The position numbers were made by a program, and so were the translations under genes. Below the pieces are notes generated by a model. That model did no database searches, was not told the DNA's origin, and saw only the letters and a program-made list of their open reading frames with translations. From an uncultured Aliarcobacter sp. (GTDB lineage: Bacteria > Campylobacterota > Campylobacteria > Campylobacterales > Arcobacteraceae), in assembly GCA_963677435.1 (NCBI GenBank), contig OY781945.1:2304001-2368000 (forward strand): a stretch of 64,000 nucleotides of DNA, in the 5' to 3' direction. Numbering within the stretch: position 1 is the first letter of the stretch; each line of letters starts with the position of its first letter. Positions 41,143 to 51,211 of this stretch are shown here, in pieces.

Positions 41143-41219
41143 CCTCTAATAGTTTTTGTTCTATTAAGAGATAAAGTGAGTTAAGCTCTCTTTAAATCAA
41201 CCATAACCTATGGTCTTGA
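41143..41219 (-). ncRNA. Candidate cis-regulatory structured leader with an RBS-sequestering stem
   Basis: Three adjacent hairpins at 41200-41214, 41172-41194 and 41144-41170; the last covers most of the GAGG RBS. Confidence 0.4.
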
Positions 41220-41362
41220 ACTAAATTTTGATTTATATTAATATATCATCAATAAACAAGCGCTTAAAAAGTAAAGTATTTTTTACTTTATACTCAATTT
41301 AATTTTAATGAAAAACAGATATAATCCACACTAAAATTTGCAATATTGCAAGGATATATTTT

Positions 41363-42400
41363 ATGAATAATGAATATAAACTAACAAAATTCGTTCAAGC
41401 TGCTGGTTGAGCTGCAAAAATGGGTCCGGGTGATCTCAAACAAACTATTTGCAGTTTAACGCCAAATGATGAAAGAATTTTAGTAGGTTTTGATACAAGT
41501 GAAGATGCAAGTGTTTATCAAATAAATGAAACACAAGCAATAGTGCAAACACTTGATTTTATTACGCCAGTTGTTGATGATCCATATATTTATGGACAAA
41601 TTGCTGCTGCAAATGCATTAAGCGATGTGTTTGCAATGGGAGCTGATGTTAAAACAGCTATGAATATCGTGGGTTTTGATAAAAAGAATATTTCAAAAGA
41701 GGCTTTAGGGCTTATTTTACAAGGTGGAAATGAGAAAATCAAAGAGTGTGGTGGTGTTCTTTTAGGTGGACACACTATTGAATCTCCTGAAATGTATTAT
41801 GGATTATCAGTTACAGGAATGATTCATCCAGATAAAATAATGAGAAATAATACTCCAAAAATTGGTCATGTTTTAGTATTAACAAAACCTCTTGGAATGG
41901 GAATTTTATCAACAGCTGTAAAAAGAGATTTATTACCTTTAAATCTCATAAAAGATTGTGCAAAAATAATGGCTAGTTTAAACTATTTGCCATCAAAAAT
42001 TATGAGAAAATATGAGGTAAGTTCTTGTACAGATATTACAGGATTTGGACTTATGGGTCATGCATTAGAGTGTATAAATGATTTAGTATCTTTTGCTATT
42101 TTTCACTCAAAAGTTCCAATTGTGCACGAAGCTATACAATTGGCAAATGAGGGTGTAGTTCCTGGTGGAAGCAAAAGAAATATGAAATATGTGGAAGATA
42201 GAATCACATATCCAGCTAATCTTGAATCTTCATATCAAACTCTACTTTGTGATGCTCAAACTTCTGGTGGCTTATTAATAGCAATGAAAGAAGAAGATGC
42301 AAAAGAGTATATAAAAGAGATTGAAGAGTTATCATTTGGATATGCAAATATTATAGGAGAAGTAATCCCAAGAGGAATTTCTCCTATAATCATATATTAA
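41363..42400 (+). CDS. selD: Selenide, water dikinase, selenocysteine-containing (UGA at 41408-41410)
   Basis: True start is ATG 41363 (AAGGA RBS): MNNEYKLTKFVQAAG-U-AAKMGPG; also EDASVY, QTLDFITPVVDDP, GGHT, TDITGFGL, DAQTSGGLL. Confidence 0.95.
41421..41438 (+). promoter_or_regulatory. SECIS-like hairpin of selD
   Basis: UGGGUC-CGGGU-GAUCUCA, starting 10 nt after the UGA. Confidence 0.6.
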
Positions 42401-42933
42401 TTACACAAAGTTGAATCTTGTTGACATAACACTTCAAGATTCTCTTTAGCTTCTTTATGTCCTTGATTAGCAGCTAATCTATAATACATAGCAGCTTTTT
42501 TTAAATCTTGCTCAACTCCAATAGCATTTTGATACATAGTTCCAAGATTGTATTGAGCTTCTGCATATCCTTGGTTTGCTGATTTTTCAAACCATTTTAA
42601 AGCTTCTTTATCAGATTGACCTGTTGCAGAACCATTTGCATACATATTTCCTAAGTCATTTTGGGCTTTTGCATTACCTTTTAAAGCTTTTTCTTTTAAA
42701 CTCTCTAATTTAGGTTTTCCTTTGTTTGTTTCAATATTTTGAACAGGAGGCGTTTGTTCTTGGTTATTTTGCTCCGTTGTAATTGTAGTACTTTGATCTA
42801 CACTTGCAGAAGTTGAACTGTTTTGTTCTGTGTTATTTTGAGTTAAATCATTTGAAGTTGCTGGTTTATTAATAAAAATTATTGTACCAACTAAAGCAAC
42901 TAAAACTACTACACCTAAAACTATTTTTTTCAT
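42397..42933 (-). CDS. Membrane-anchored SEL1-repeat protein
   Basis: N-terminal TM helix, Q/N/T-rich linker, AQNDLGNMYANG...ALKWFEKSANQG and AQYNLGTMY...AAMYYRLAANQG repeats. Confidence 0.88.
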   Translation of the reverse strand: MKKIVLGVVVLVALVGTIIFINKPATSNDLTQNNTEQNSSTSASVDQSTTITTEQNNQEQTPPVQNIETNKGKPKLESLKEKALKGNAKAQNDLGNMYANGSATGQSDKEALKWFEKSANQGYAEAQYNLGTMYQNAIGVEQDLKKAAMYYRLAANQGHKEAKENLEVLCQQDSTLCN

Positions 42934-43087
42934 TTGTTTTCCTAAGATTTTTGGGGTTAATGACCATAATTATAACGAAATTACTTTAATAAATTATTTT
43001 AAATTTTTCAAGAATTAAGTAAAAAAATTTTTACCTAAATTAAGCTTTTTAGTATTGTGTATAAGATATAATCATTTCAATTTAAAG

Positions 43088-43187
43088 TGGCGAGAAGGTG
43101 TAGGAATCGAACCTACCACAGCGTATTACACATAAACCGTCAATCAGGGTTGAAGCCTGTGGTGCCCACCAGGTACACTAACCTCCC
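43088..43187 (-). tRNA. selC: tRNA-Sec (anticodon UCA)
   Basis: GGGAGGU...CAGG-CUUCAAC-CCUG, long variable arm, GUAGG-UUCGAUU-CCUAC T arm, GCCA end; 100 nt; next to selA. Confidence 0.95.
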
Positions 43188-43244
43188 ACTTGTAAGAAGC
43201 AAATATTACATAAAACAATTTTAAAATCATCTGAAAGGGTAAAA

Positions 43245-44591
43245 ATGTCTTTACTAAAATCCATTCCAAAGGTTGATAAGTTTATCACAAACAAAGCTTT
43301 TGAGGGATTATCTACGACTTTAATTACTAAAATTTCAAAGGAAGTTATAGAAAAATTAAGAGAAGATATATTAAATAATAAAATCCAAAATTTAGATGAG
43401 AATTCTCTAGTTTTTAATGTACTAAAAGAGTATGAAACAATCATAAAACCCTCTTTACAAACTTTGATAAATGCAACTGGAATTATAATTCATACAAATC
43501 TAGGAAGAAGTTTAATAAATAAAAAAAGCCTAGAAAAAGCTATAGAAATAGCAACTTCTTACAACAATCTTGAGTATGATTTACTTGAGGGCAAAAGAGG
43601 TGAAAGATATTCGCATATTGTAAAAACACTTCAAAAGTTAACAGGCTGTGAAGATGCAATTGTAGTAAATAATAATGCAAGTGCTGTTTTTTTGATTTTA
43701 AACACATTTGCAAAAAATAAAGAAGTAATTGTTAGTCGTGGAGAGTTGGTTGAAATTGGAGGAAGTTTTAGAGTTCCTGAAGTTATGAACCAAAGTGGAG
43801 CAATACTTAAAGAAGTTGGAACTACAAATAAAACACATTTAAGTGATTATGAAAACTCTATAAATGAAAATACCTCTATGCTTATGAAAGTTCATAAATC
43901 AAACTACTCAATTGAAGGTTTCACAAGTGAAGTGAATTTTGAAGAGATTGTAAAAGTTGCAAAACAAAATAATATCATTGATTACTACGACATGGGAAGT
44001 GGACACATTATTGATTTACCTTTTAATCTATCTCAAAAAGAGCCATCTATTTTAGAAATTATGAAATATAATCCTTCACTTTTGAGTTTTTCAGGGGATA
44101 AACTTTTAGGAAGTGTACAAGCTGGAATCATAATAGGAAAAAAAGAGTTAATAGAAAAAATCAAAAAAAATCAGCTTTTAAGAATGTTAAGAGTTGATAA
44201 AATAACTCTTAGTATTTTAGAAGACACTCTAAATTCATATTTAAAAAATGAGCTTGATGATATTCCAACTTTAAAAATGCTTTTTACTTCCCTTGAAACT
44301 TTAGAACAAAGAGCAAATAATCTTTTTGAAAAAGTAAAAACTCTTTGTAAATGTGAAGTTATAAAAACCCAAACTTTAATTGGTGGAGGAACAACTCCAA
44401 ATAAAAAAATTCCATCAATCGCCCTTTGTATTGAACATGATAATTACAAACCAAATCAACTAGAAAAACTTTTAAGAAAAAATAATTTAATAGCAAGAAT
44501 AGAAAATGAAAAATTACTACTTGATTTTAGAACCATTCAAGAAAATGAAATAGAAAAAATTGCTGATATTCTAAAAAAGGTATTTAACTAA
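43245..44591 (+). CDS. selA: L-seryl-tRNA(Sec) selenium transferase
   Basis: INATGIIIHTNLGRS, VNNNA, SRGELVEIGGSFR, EVGTTN, FSGDKLLG. Confidence 0.96.
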   Translation: MSLLKSIPKVDKFITNKAFEGLSTTLITKISKEVIEKLREDILNNKIQNLDENSLVFNVLKEYETIIKPSLQTLINATGIIIHTNLGRSLINKKSLEKAIEIATSYNNLEYDLLEGKRGERYSHIVKTLQKLTGCEDAIVVNNNASAVFLILNTFAKNKEVIVSRGELVEIGGSFRVPEVMNQSGAILKEVGTTNKTHLSDYENSINENTSMLMKVHKSNYSIEGFTSEVNFEEIVKVAKQNNIIDYYDMGSGHIIDLPFNLSQKEPSILEIMKYNPSLLSFSGDKLLGSVQAGIIIGKKELIEKIKKNQLLRMLRVDKITLSILEDTLNSYLKNELDDIPTLKMLFTSLETLEQRANNLFEKVKTLCKCEVIKTQTLIGGGTTPNKKIPSIALCIEHDNYKPNQLEKLLRKNNLIARIENEKLLLDFRTIQENEIEKIADILKKVFN

Positions 44592-46423
44592 TGTCAAATA
44601 TTATTATAGGAACAGCAGGTCATATTGACCATGGTAAAACAGCTTTAATCAAAGCACTTAATGGCTTTGAGGGTGATAGTACAGATGAAGAGAAACAAAG
44701 AGGAATCACTATTGATTTATCTTTTTCAAATATGACAAAAGGCCAACAAAACATAGCTTTTATTGATGTTCCAGGACATGAAAAACTTGTAAAAAATATG
44801 ATTGCAGGTGCTTTTGGATTTGATTATGTAATGCTTGTAGTTAGTGCTGCTGAGGGAATAAAACCTCAAACTGTTGAACATATAGAGATTATTAATCTTT
44901 TGGGATTAAAAGAGTTAATTGTAGTAATTACAAAAAAAGATTTGGTTAGTGAAGATGAACTAAATATAAAAAAAGAAGAGATTTTAGAGTTTTTAGATAA
45001 TTTTGATTTTGAAATTAAATTTGTAAGTTGCGTATCCGTTTATGATGAAACTTCAATAGAAAGACTAAAAAATCAGCTTTTTACAATAAATAATAGTATA
45101 AAACAAGAAGAAAATTTCTTTAGATTTTATGTGGATAGAGTTTTTTCTCCAAAAGGAATTGGTACAGTTGTAACGGGAACTGTTTTAGGGAAAAAATGTG
45201 AACTAGATGAAAAACTATATATTTGTCAAAGCCAAAAAGAGACAAAAATAAAAAATATTCAAGTTCATAACCAAAATGCCCTTGAAGCAACTATCTCTTC
45301 TAGAGCTGCTTTAAATCTTCAAGGTGTAAATATTTCCCACATAAATAAAGGTGATTTAATCACAAAAAAAGGTCATATTAGAGGATTTGATGGAATTGAC
45401 ATATCTTTTAAATGTTTAAAAGGCAAAAAATTAAATCACAATCAAACATATACTTTATTTATTGGAGCAAAAAAAGTAGAAGTTAAAGTTTTACTTTTTG
45501 ATTGTATTACAAACCTTGAAGAGGGTTTTGCAACAATAAAAGCAAGTGAGAATCTTTATACAATTTTTGGTGAAAAAGTAATACTAAGAAGTGGAAATGA
45601 TACGATTTGTGGGGGAATTGTTTTAAATCCAATAATTGATCCTATGAAAAAAAATCAAAAAAGAAATCTTTTAGAAGCATTAGATAAAAAAGATTTTGCA
45701 AGTGCTTATAAAGAGCTACTAGAAGCTCACAAAAAAGGTTTAGGAATCATCTCTTCAACCCAAAGATTTGCCCTTTCTCATAGTGAAGCAATTGAATTTA
45801 CAAAAAATATGAAAGATGTTTTTGTAGATGAAAAAGAGTTAATTATTTACCCTATTTCTACAAAAGAATTTGTAAAAGATTTTATAAGAGGGATTTATAC
45901 TAAAAATACTTATGCTCTACTTTCAAATGCTTCAATTGCATTACGATTAAAGTGGGCTAGTACTTTATTTATCCAAAGTGCTTTAGATGAACTTGAAGCT
46001 GAAAACTTTTTAATAAGAGATGTTTCTTTATATAAAAATGCAAATATCAAAGAAGATTTTGCAAAAGATTTAGAAGATATTGTTTTAAATAGATTAAAAC
46101 AAGAAGATATAACTCCAACTGCTCCTTATAATATTTATGATGATTTAGATATTGATAGAAAATTAGGTGATGATATTTTAAAATCATTAACTGCAAAAAA
46201 ACAAGTAATGAGACTTCAACACAATCTATTTATTCATTTTGAAAGTTTAAATAAAATAGTAAAAACTATGAGAGAAATCATCAAAGAAGATGGATATATA
46301 AATCTTTCAAACTTAAAACAAAGATTTGATTTAAGTAGAAAATATCTAATTACTTATCTTGATTATTTAGATAATTATTCAGATATAAAAAAAGTTGAAG
46401 ATAAAAGATTATTTAATCAATAA
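44591..46423 (+). CDS. selB: Selenocysteine-specific elongation factor
   Basis: GTAGHIDHGKT, RGITIDL, DVPGHE, DRVF...GTVVTGT, C-terminal LSRKYLITYLDYLD winged helix. Confidence 0.96.
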   Translation: MSNIIIGTAGHIDHGKTALIKALNGFEGDSTDEEKQRGITIDLSFSNMTKGQQNIAFIDVPGHEKLVKNMIAGAFGFDYVMLVVSAAEGIKPQTVEHIEIINLLGLKELIVVITKKDLVSEDELNIKKEEILEFLDNFDFEIKFVSCVSVYDETSIERLKNQLFTINNSIKQEENFFRFYVDRVFSPKGIGTVVTGTVLGKKCELDEKLYICQSQKETKIKNIQVHNQNALEATISSRAALNLQGVNISHINKGDLITKKGHIRGFDGIDISFKCLKGKKLNHNQTYTLFIGAKKVEVKVLLFDCITNLEEGFATIKASENLYTIFGEKVILRSGNDTICGGIVLNPIIDPMKKNQKRNLLEALDKKDFASAYKELLEAHKKGLGIISSTQRFALSHSEAIEFTKNMKDVFVDEKELIIYPISTKEFVKDFIRGIYTKNTYALLSNASIALRLKWASTLFIQSALDELEAENFLIRDVSLYKNANIKEDFAKDLEDIVLNRLKQEDITPTAPYNIYDDLDIDRKLGDDILKSLTAKKQVMRLQHNLFIHFESLNKIVKTMREIIKEDGYINLSNLKQRFDLSRKYLITYLDYLDNYSDIKKVEDKRLFNQ

Positions 46424-46451
46424 TCTTTTATCTAATATTTAAAGGAAGAGT

Positions 46452-48476
46452 TTAAAAACTCTCCCATTCATCATTATCTTTTGTATTAGAAGTTATAGTT
46501 TTTTTAACTTCAACTTTTGAAGAAGAGTGAGACTCAATTTTTTTTGGTTGAACTTTTTGAGTTGAAGATTGTTGTTTTACTTCAACTGTTTTTGGATGAT
46601 TAGATTTTTTACTTTTAACATCATTTTTACCTTCAAACTCTTTTTCATCTGCATCAGCAACAATTGTTGAAGCTATACTTTGTGTTTGATTCGCTATATC
46701 TTTAGTTTGAGCAGCAACTATAGCATTAGCTTGTGTTTGTTGGTCTAATGAATTAATAGCGTTATTAATTTGCTCTATTCCTTGTTGTTGTTCTTTAATA
46801 ACAACCTCTACGCTTTTAATTAATTGCATTGTTTTAGAAATATTTTCAGTTAAACCACCGTATCCTGAAATCATTTTATCTGCAATATTTTTACCATTAT
46901 TTGCTTTTCCTGTTGCATTTTCAACTAAAGTTTTAATCTCTTTTGCTGCTTCTGCTGATCTTGAAGCTAGATTTCTTACTTCTGCTGCAACAACGGCAAA
47001 TCCTTTTCCAGCTTCACCAGCAGTTGCAGCTTCAACAGCTGCATTTAGAGAAAGAATATTTGTTTGGAAAGCAATTTGGTCAATTACCGTTATTGCTTCA
47101 TTTATTGCATTTACTTGATTATTAATTTCATCCATTGAAATTGTAGTTTCGCTTGCTAGTTTTTGACCTTCATTTGCAGAATTAGTAAGTTCATTTGCAT
47201 AAGTAACCATTTGCATTACATTTTGAGTATTACTTGACATATTACTTGTGATTTCTTCTAAAGCTGCTGCAGTCTCTTCAATACTTGCAGCTGCTTGAGT
47301 TGAAGCTCTACTTAATTTATCAACATTTGTTAAAAGATAATCTGCACTATCTTGTAGTGATAATCCATTTGTTTTATTTAAAACCAACATATCACTTATA
47401 ACTTTTGCCAAAGAGTTTAATCCAATAGCTGTTTGACCTGTAGCTTCTGGAATTCTATATGCAAAATTCATATTTTGGAACTGATTTAATGCACCTTCAA
47501 TTTTATTTATGTCAGTTGAAACTTTTTGGGCAATTACTTTTAACATTTCATTAAAAATTACTTTTAACTCTTCAAGAGATTCATTTTGTGTACTTGCATT
47601 TACTTTTGTACTTAGATTACCAGTTTTAACAACTTCAACTACTTTTTTAACATCTGCAATTAAATGTTCATCTTGAGTTATAGATTTTTTAGTCTTATCA
47701 ATATTTGCATTTACAACTTCTGAGATTTTACTAATTTCATCATTTGAACTTGTATCAAGCATTGAAACATCTTTTGTTTCTTTATTTAAGAAAGCAAAAA
47801 ATCCTAAAAGACCATCTTGTAATTTTTTAATAGAACTATTAATGTTTTTACCTAGTAAATATGAGAATAAAATTGTTACTAAAATTGTTAATAATGCAAT
47901 TACTAAAAATACAGTTAAAGAAACTTCGATTAAATCATCTGTTTGTACCTTATTTACTTCAATAACTTTATAAGTTTCATCTGTAAAATAATTGATTAAA
48001 TCTCTCATTGATTCATAATCTTTAAGATAAGTAGTAAAATAAAAACTTTTTGCTTCATCAATATTTTTATTATTAACCAATTCTAAGATTTTTGCTGTGT
48101 TAGATTTTGTTAAGGCATAGTATTTTTCAAATTCATCAAACTTATCTTTATTAGCTGATAATTTATCTGCCAATCTTACTTTAAATTTCTCATATCTTTG
48201 AGAAACTTGTAAGACATTATCATTTACACCTTTTGCAATCAACTTGTCGATTTTTTCTTTATCATTCAAATTCATAATCTGAATTAAGGCTACATTTGAT
48301 TGATAAGAATCTCTATCTGCTTCAAGAAGAAATGTAATTCCTGAAAAATTTACATCTGCTAACTCTTTAACATTTGATTTTATGTTTGATATATTGTATG
48401 AAACATAAATACTCGATGATATTGATAAAACCAATAACACCAAAAAAGCCATAACAATCTTATTTCTTATACTCAT
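46452..48476 (-). CDS. Methyl-accepting chemotaxis protein with a four-helix-bundle sensor domain
   Basis: Two TM helices, MCP signature, C-terminal EWESF; ATG 48476 with GGGGGAG RBS. Confidence 0.92.
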   Translation of the reverse strand: MSIRNKIVMAFLVLLVLSISSSIYVSYNISNIKSNVKELADVNFSGITFLLEADRDSYQSNVALIQIMNLNDKEKIDKLIAKGVNDNVLQVSQRYEKFKVRLADKLSANKDKFDEFEKYYALTKSNTAKILELVNNKNIDEAKSFYFTTYLKDYESMRDLINYFTDETYKVIEVNKVQTDDLIEVSLTVFLVIALLTILVTILFSYLLGKNINSSIKKLQDGLLGFFAFLNKETKDVSMLDTSSNDEISKISEVVNANIDKTKKSITQDEHLIADVKKVVEVVKTGNLSTKVNASTQNESLEELKVIFNEMLKVIAQKVSTDINKIEGALNQFQNMNFAYRIPEATGQTAIGLNSLAKVISDMLVLNKTNGLSLQDSADYLLTNVDKLSRASTQAAASIEETAAALEEITSNMSSNTQNVMQMVTYANELTNSANEGQKLASETTISMDEINNQVNAINEAITVIDQIAFQTNILSLNAAVEAATAGEAGKGFAVVAAEVRNLASRSAEAAKEIKTLVENATGKANNGKNIADKMISGYGGLTENISKTMQLIKSVEVVIKEQQQGIEQINNAINSLDQQTQANAIVAAQTKDIANQTQSIASTIVADADEKEFEGKNDVKSKKSNHPKTVEVKQQSSTQKVQPKKIESHSSSKVEVKKTITSNTKDNDEWESF

Positions 48477-48506
48477 TTTAGTTCTCCCCCTATATTTATT
48501 AAGTAA

Positions 48507-48561
48507 ATTGTAACATAACAATCTGAGTAATTTACTTATATAATCTGAGTAATCTGAGTAA
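48507..48561 (-). promoter_or_regulatory. Extended -10 (TGTTACAAT) preceded by three AATCTGAGTAA direct repeats
   Basis: Exact 11-mers at 48520, 48542 and 48551; -10 at 48507-48515 on the minus strand. Confidence 0.6.
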
Positions 48562-48631
48562 AAATAATTTTATTTTTTTTCTTAATTAATTATTTTATTG
48601 ATAATTTAGTCTGTAATGCTACAATTCCAAG

Positions 48632-50257
48632 ATGATATTAACCAAAGAACAAGAAGAGATAATCAATAGCGATAAACTCTCATTTAAAATCAATGCAGTT
48701 GCTGGAAGTGGAAAAACAACAACACTACTTGAGTATGCAAAAAAAAATTCCCATTTAAAGATTTTATATTTAGCATATAATAAATCTTTACAAACTTCAC
48801 TGCAAGATAAATTAAAAGAGTACAACTTACCTTCTATGCATATAAGCACTATTCACTCCCTTGCTTATAATAAAATTGAAGCTTATAACTACACTCTTGC
48901 CCATGATTTAAAAAATCAAATTATAGAAAATTTACTAATTAAACACGAACTCACAATTAATCAAAAAGCCTATTATCCAATTCCTGAATATGTAGCTTTG
49001 ATAAAAGATTTAGTAAATTTTTATTGTAACTCTTCACTAATCGCCCTTGATTCAAAACTAATAGAGTCTTACAAAAAACAATCAGAACTAGGTGCAAAAA
49101 TACTTGAACTAATAAATAAAAATGAAACAAGAGTAATTGAGCATCTAAAAACAATTTTGAGTGCAATGAAAAATAAAATCATAGATGCAACCCACGATTT
49201 TTATTTAAAGATGTTTTATCTAAATAAAAAAGTATCAGCAAATCTGCCTTATGATTTGATTTTGGTAGATGAAGCTCAGGATATTTCAGATGTTATGATA
49301 GGAATTGTTGAAAATCAAAGTTGCAGACGAATTTATGTAGGTGATTCATTTCAACAAATTTATACTTTTAGATTTGCTACAAATGCCTTAAATAAAATAG
49401 ATTTACCCTCTTATGATTTAACACAAAGTTTTAGATTTGGAGATAACTTTGCCAAAGTTTTACAAAATAATCTAAATAGTTTATATTCAATAAATTCATC
49501 TAAACCTCTTAAAATATCAGGAATAGAGAAAACCACTTTGATTGGGAAAAATCATATTGATTTTAATAAACAATTTTGTGTAATTGCTCGAAGTACTTTT
49601 GGTTTGATTCAACAATTGGTCTATTTTATTCATGATAAAAAAAAGGTTTATTTTGAAGGTGGTTATAACTCTTATTCATTTATGAATCAAACTGTTTATT
49701 CTATTTTTTATCTAAAACAGAAAAAAAATGACAAAATCACAATAGATGAAATCAAAGATTTTGAAACAATAAGTGAGCTTGAACAATTTGCAAAAGATAC
49801 AAAAAATCAAGATTATCTAAATATTATAAAGTTTATCAATACTTACGGAGATAATATTTTTGAGATAAATAAAAAGATAAAAGAGTTTTTAGTAACAGAC
49901 AAAAAAGATGCTGATATTATTTTTACAACAACCCATAAATCAAAAGGTTTAGAGTATGAGCAAGTTATTATGGCTGATGATTTTATCTCAAAAAAAGAGA
50001 TAATAAATACAAAAAACAAACTCTCATATTTAAGAGTAAATGAAGAGCTAAATATCTATTATGTAGCAGCTACAAGAGCCAAAAATGCAATACAACTAGC
50101 TGATTTAAATCTAACTTACACATACAATGAAAATGATGACTCAACAACTCATGTAAGATCAAGGTTTATAAGTAAACGAGCTGATAATAAAAAAAGCAAA
50201 GAACTTCAAGAAGAGTGGCTAAAAAATAATAGAGCAAATAAAATCAATGCTTTTTAA
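48632..50257 (+). CDS. UvrD/REP-like superfamily 1 helicase
   Basis: AGSGKTT, LAYNK, TIHSLA, VDEAQD, VGDSFQQIY, QSFRFG, HKSKGLEY, YVAATRAK. Confidence 0.92.
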   Translation: MILTKEQEEIINSDKLSFKINAVAGSGKTTTLLEYAKKNSHLKILYLAYNKSLQTSLQDKLKEYNLPSMHISTIHSLAYNKIEAYNYTLAHDLKNQIIENLLIKHELTINQKAYYPIPEYVALIKDLVNFYCNSSLIALDSKLIESYKKQSELGAKILELINKNETRVIEHLKTILSAMKNKIIDATHDFYLKMFYLNKKVSANLPYDLILVDEAQDISDVMIGIVENQSCRRIYVGDSFQQIYTFRFATNALNKIDLPSYDLTQSFRFGDNFAKVLQNNLNSLYSINSSKPLKISGIEKTTLIGKNHIDFNKQFCVIARSTFGLIQQLVYFIHDKKKVYFEGGYNSYSFMNQTVYSIFYLKQKKNDKITIDEIKDFETISELEQFAKDTKNQDYLNIIKFINTYGDNIFEINKKIKEFLVTDKKDADIIFTTTHKSKGLEYEQVIMADDFISKKEIINTKNKLSYLRVNEELNIYYVAATRAKNAIQLADLNLTYTYNENDDSTTHVRSRFISKRADNKKSKELQEEWLKNNRANKINAF

Positions 50258-50266
50258 AGGATTTTC

Positions 50267-51211
50267 ATGAGAATAGTTTTACTATTATTAAGTGCTGTAT
50301 TTTTGATTGTTAGTTTTATTTTTATTCAAAATAAAAAAAAAGAACCAATAAATATATCTTTTTATCATTGGGAAAATAGTTATAATCAAAAAGAGATAAA
50401 AGAAAAAGTTTATATAAAAGTTTTAGATATTTCTTATTCAACAAAAGTTGAAGTTATAAACACAATTTTTCAAACAAAACCAAATAATATTTTTGTTCCT
50501 GTTGTTTACATCACAAATGACACCATGAAAAATGTAGATTATTCAATTATTAGCAATCAAATTATCAGAAATTTAAAAGCCACTAATTTAAGTTTTGAAG
50601 AGTTACAAATAGATTGTGATTGGTCAAGTAGTACTCAGTCAAACTATTTTAAACTTCTTGAAGATTTAAAATCAAAACTAAACAAAACTTTAAGTGCAAC
50701 TATTCGACTTCATCAAATAAAGTATTATGTAAAAACAGGAATTCCTCCCGTTGATTATGGGGTTTTGATGTATTACAATATGTCTGATATATCAGATATA
50801 AATACAAAAAATTCTATATTAGATAATGACATTGCAAAAAAATATCACTATAATTTTGATAGTTATAAATTAAAATTAAAACTTGCTCTTCCACTTTATT
50901 CTCAAGCTATCCAATTTAGAGACAATAAAGCTTTAGATATTTTTGAAGGAGCAGAAAAAAAAGATTTTGATGAAAATTTTAAAGCTTTAGATAACAATAA
51001 ATATGAAGTTATAAATAGTACTTATTTTAAAGGAAGATATGTTTATAAAGGTGATATTTTTAGATTTGAAGACTCAGAAAAAGCAGATATAAAAACAGCT
51101 TTTGATGACTTTTTTAAAATATCAAAAAATAGATTTAATGAAGTAATTTTTTACACTTTAAAATATGAAAACAAATATGATTTAGAAAAACTAATAAAAG
51201 GAAAACAATGA
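50267..51211 (+). CDS. Exported hypothetical protein with a GH18-like motif (DUF3142-like)
   Basis: N-terminal hydrophobic anchor; ELQIDCDW, SATIRLHQ, LMYYN, ALPLY. Confidence 0.6.
   Translation: MRIVLLLLSAVFLIVSFIFIQNKKKEPINISFYHWENSYNQKEIKEKVYIKVLDISYSTKVEVINTIFQTKPNNIFVPVVYITNDTMKNVDYSIISNQIIRNLKATNLSFEELQIDCDWSSSTQSNYFKLLEDLKSKLNKTLSATIRLHQIKYYVKTGIPPVDYGVLMYYNMSDISDINTKNSILDNDIAKKYHYNFDSYKLKLKLALPLYSQAIQFRDNKALDIFEGAEKKDFDENFKALDNNKYEVINSTYFKGRYVYKGDIFRFEDSEKADIKTAFDDFFKISKNRFNEVIFYTLKYENKYDLEKLIKGKQ

Noticed and set aside
41143..41219. Moco/Tuco, SAM or cobalamin riboswitch
   Set aside because: Only the ACC...UAUGGU stem is reminiscent of Moco RNA; the GNRA loops and other conserved blocks are absent.
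42397..43090. Genomic island integrated at the selC 3' end
   Set aside because: No integrase and no duplicated tRNA 3' end seen; only a SEL1 gene lies between selC and selD.
48520..48561. CRISPR array
   Set aside because: Repeats are 11 bp with no spacer-sized gaps, and there are no cas genes.
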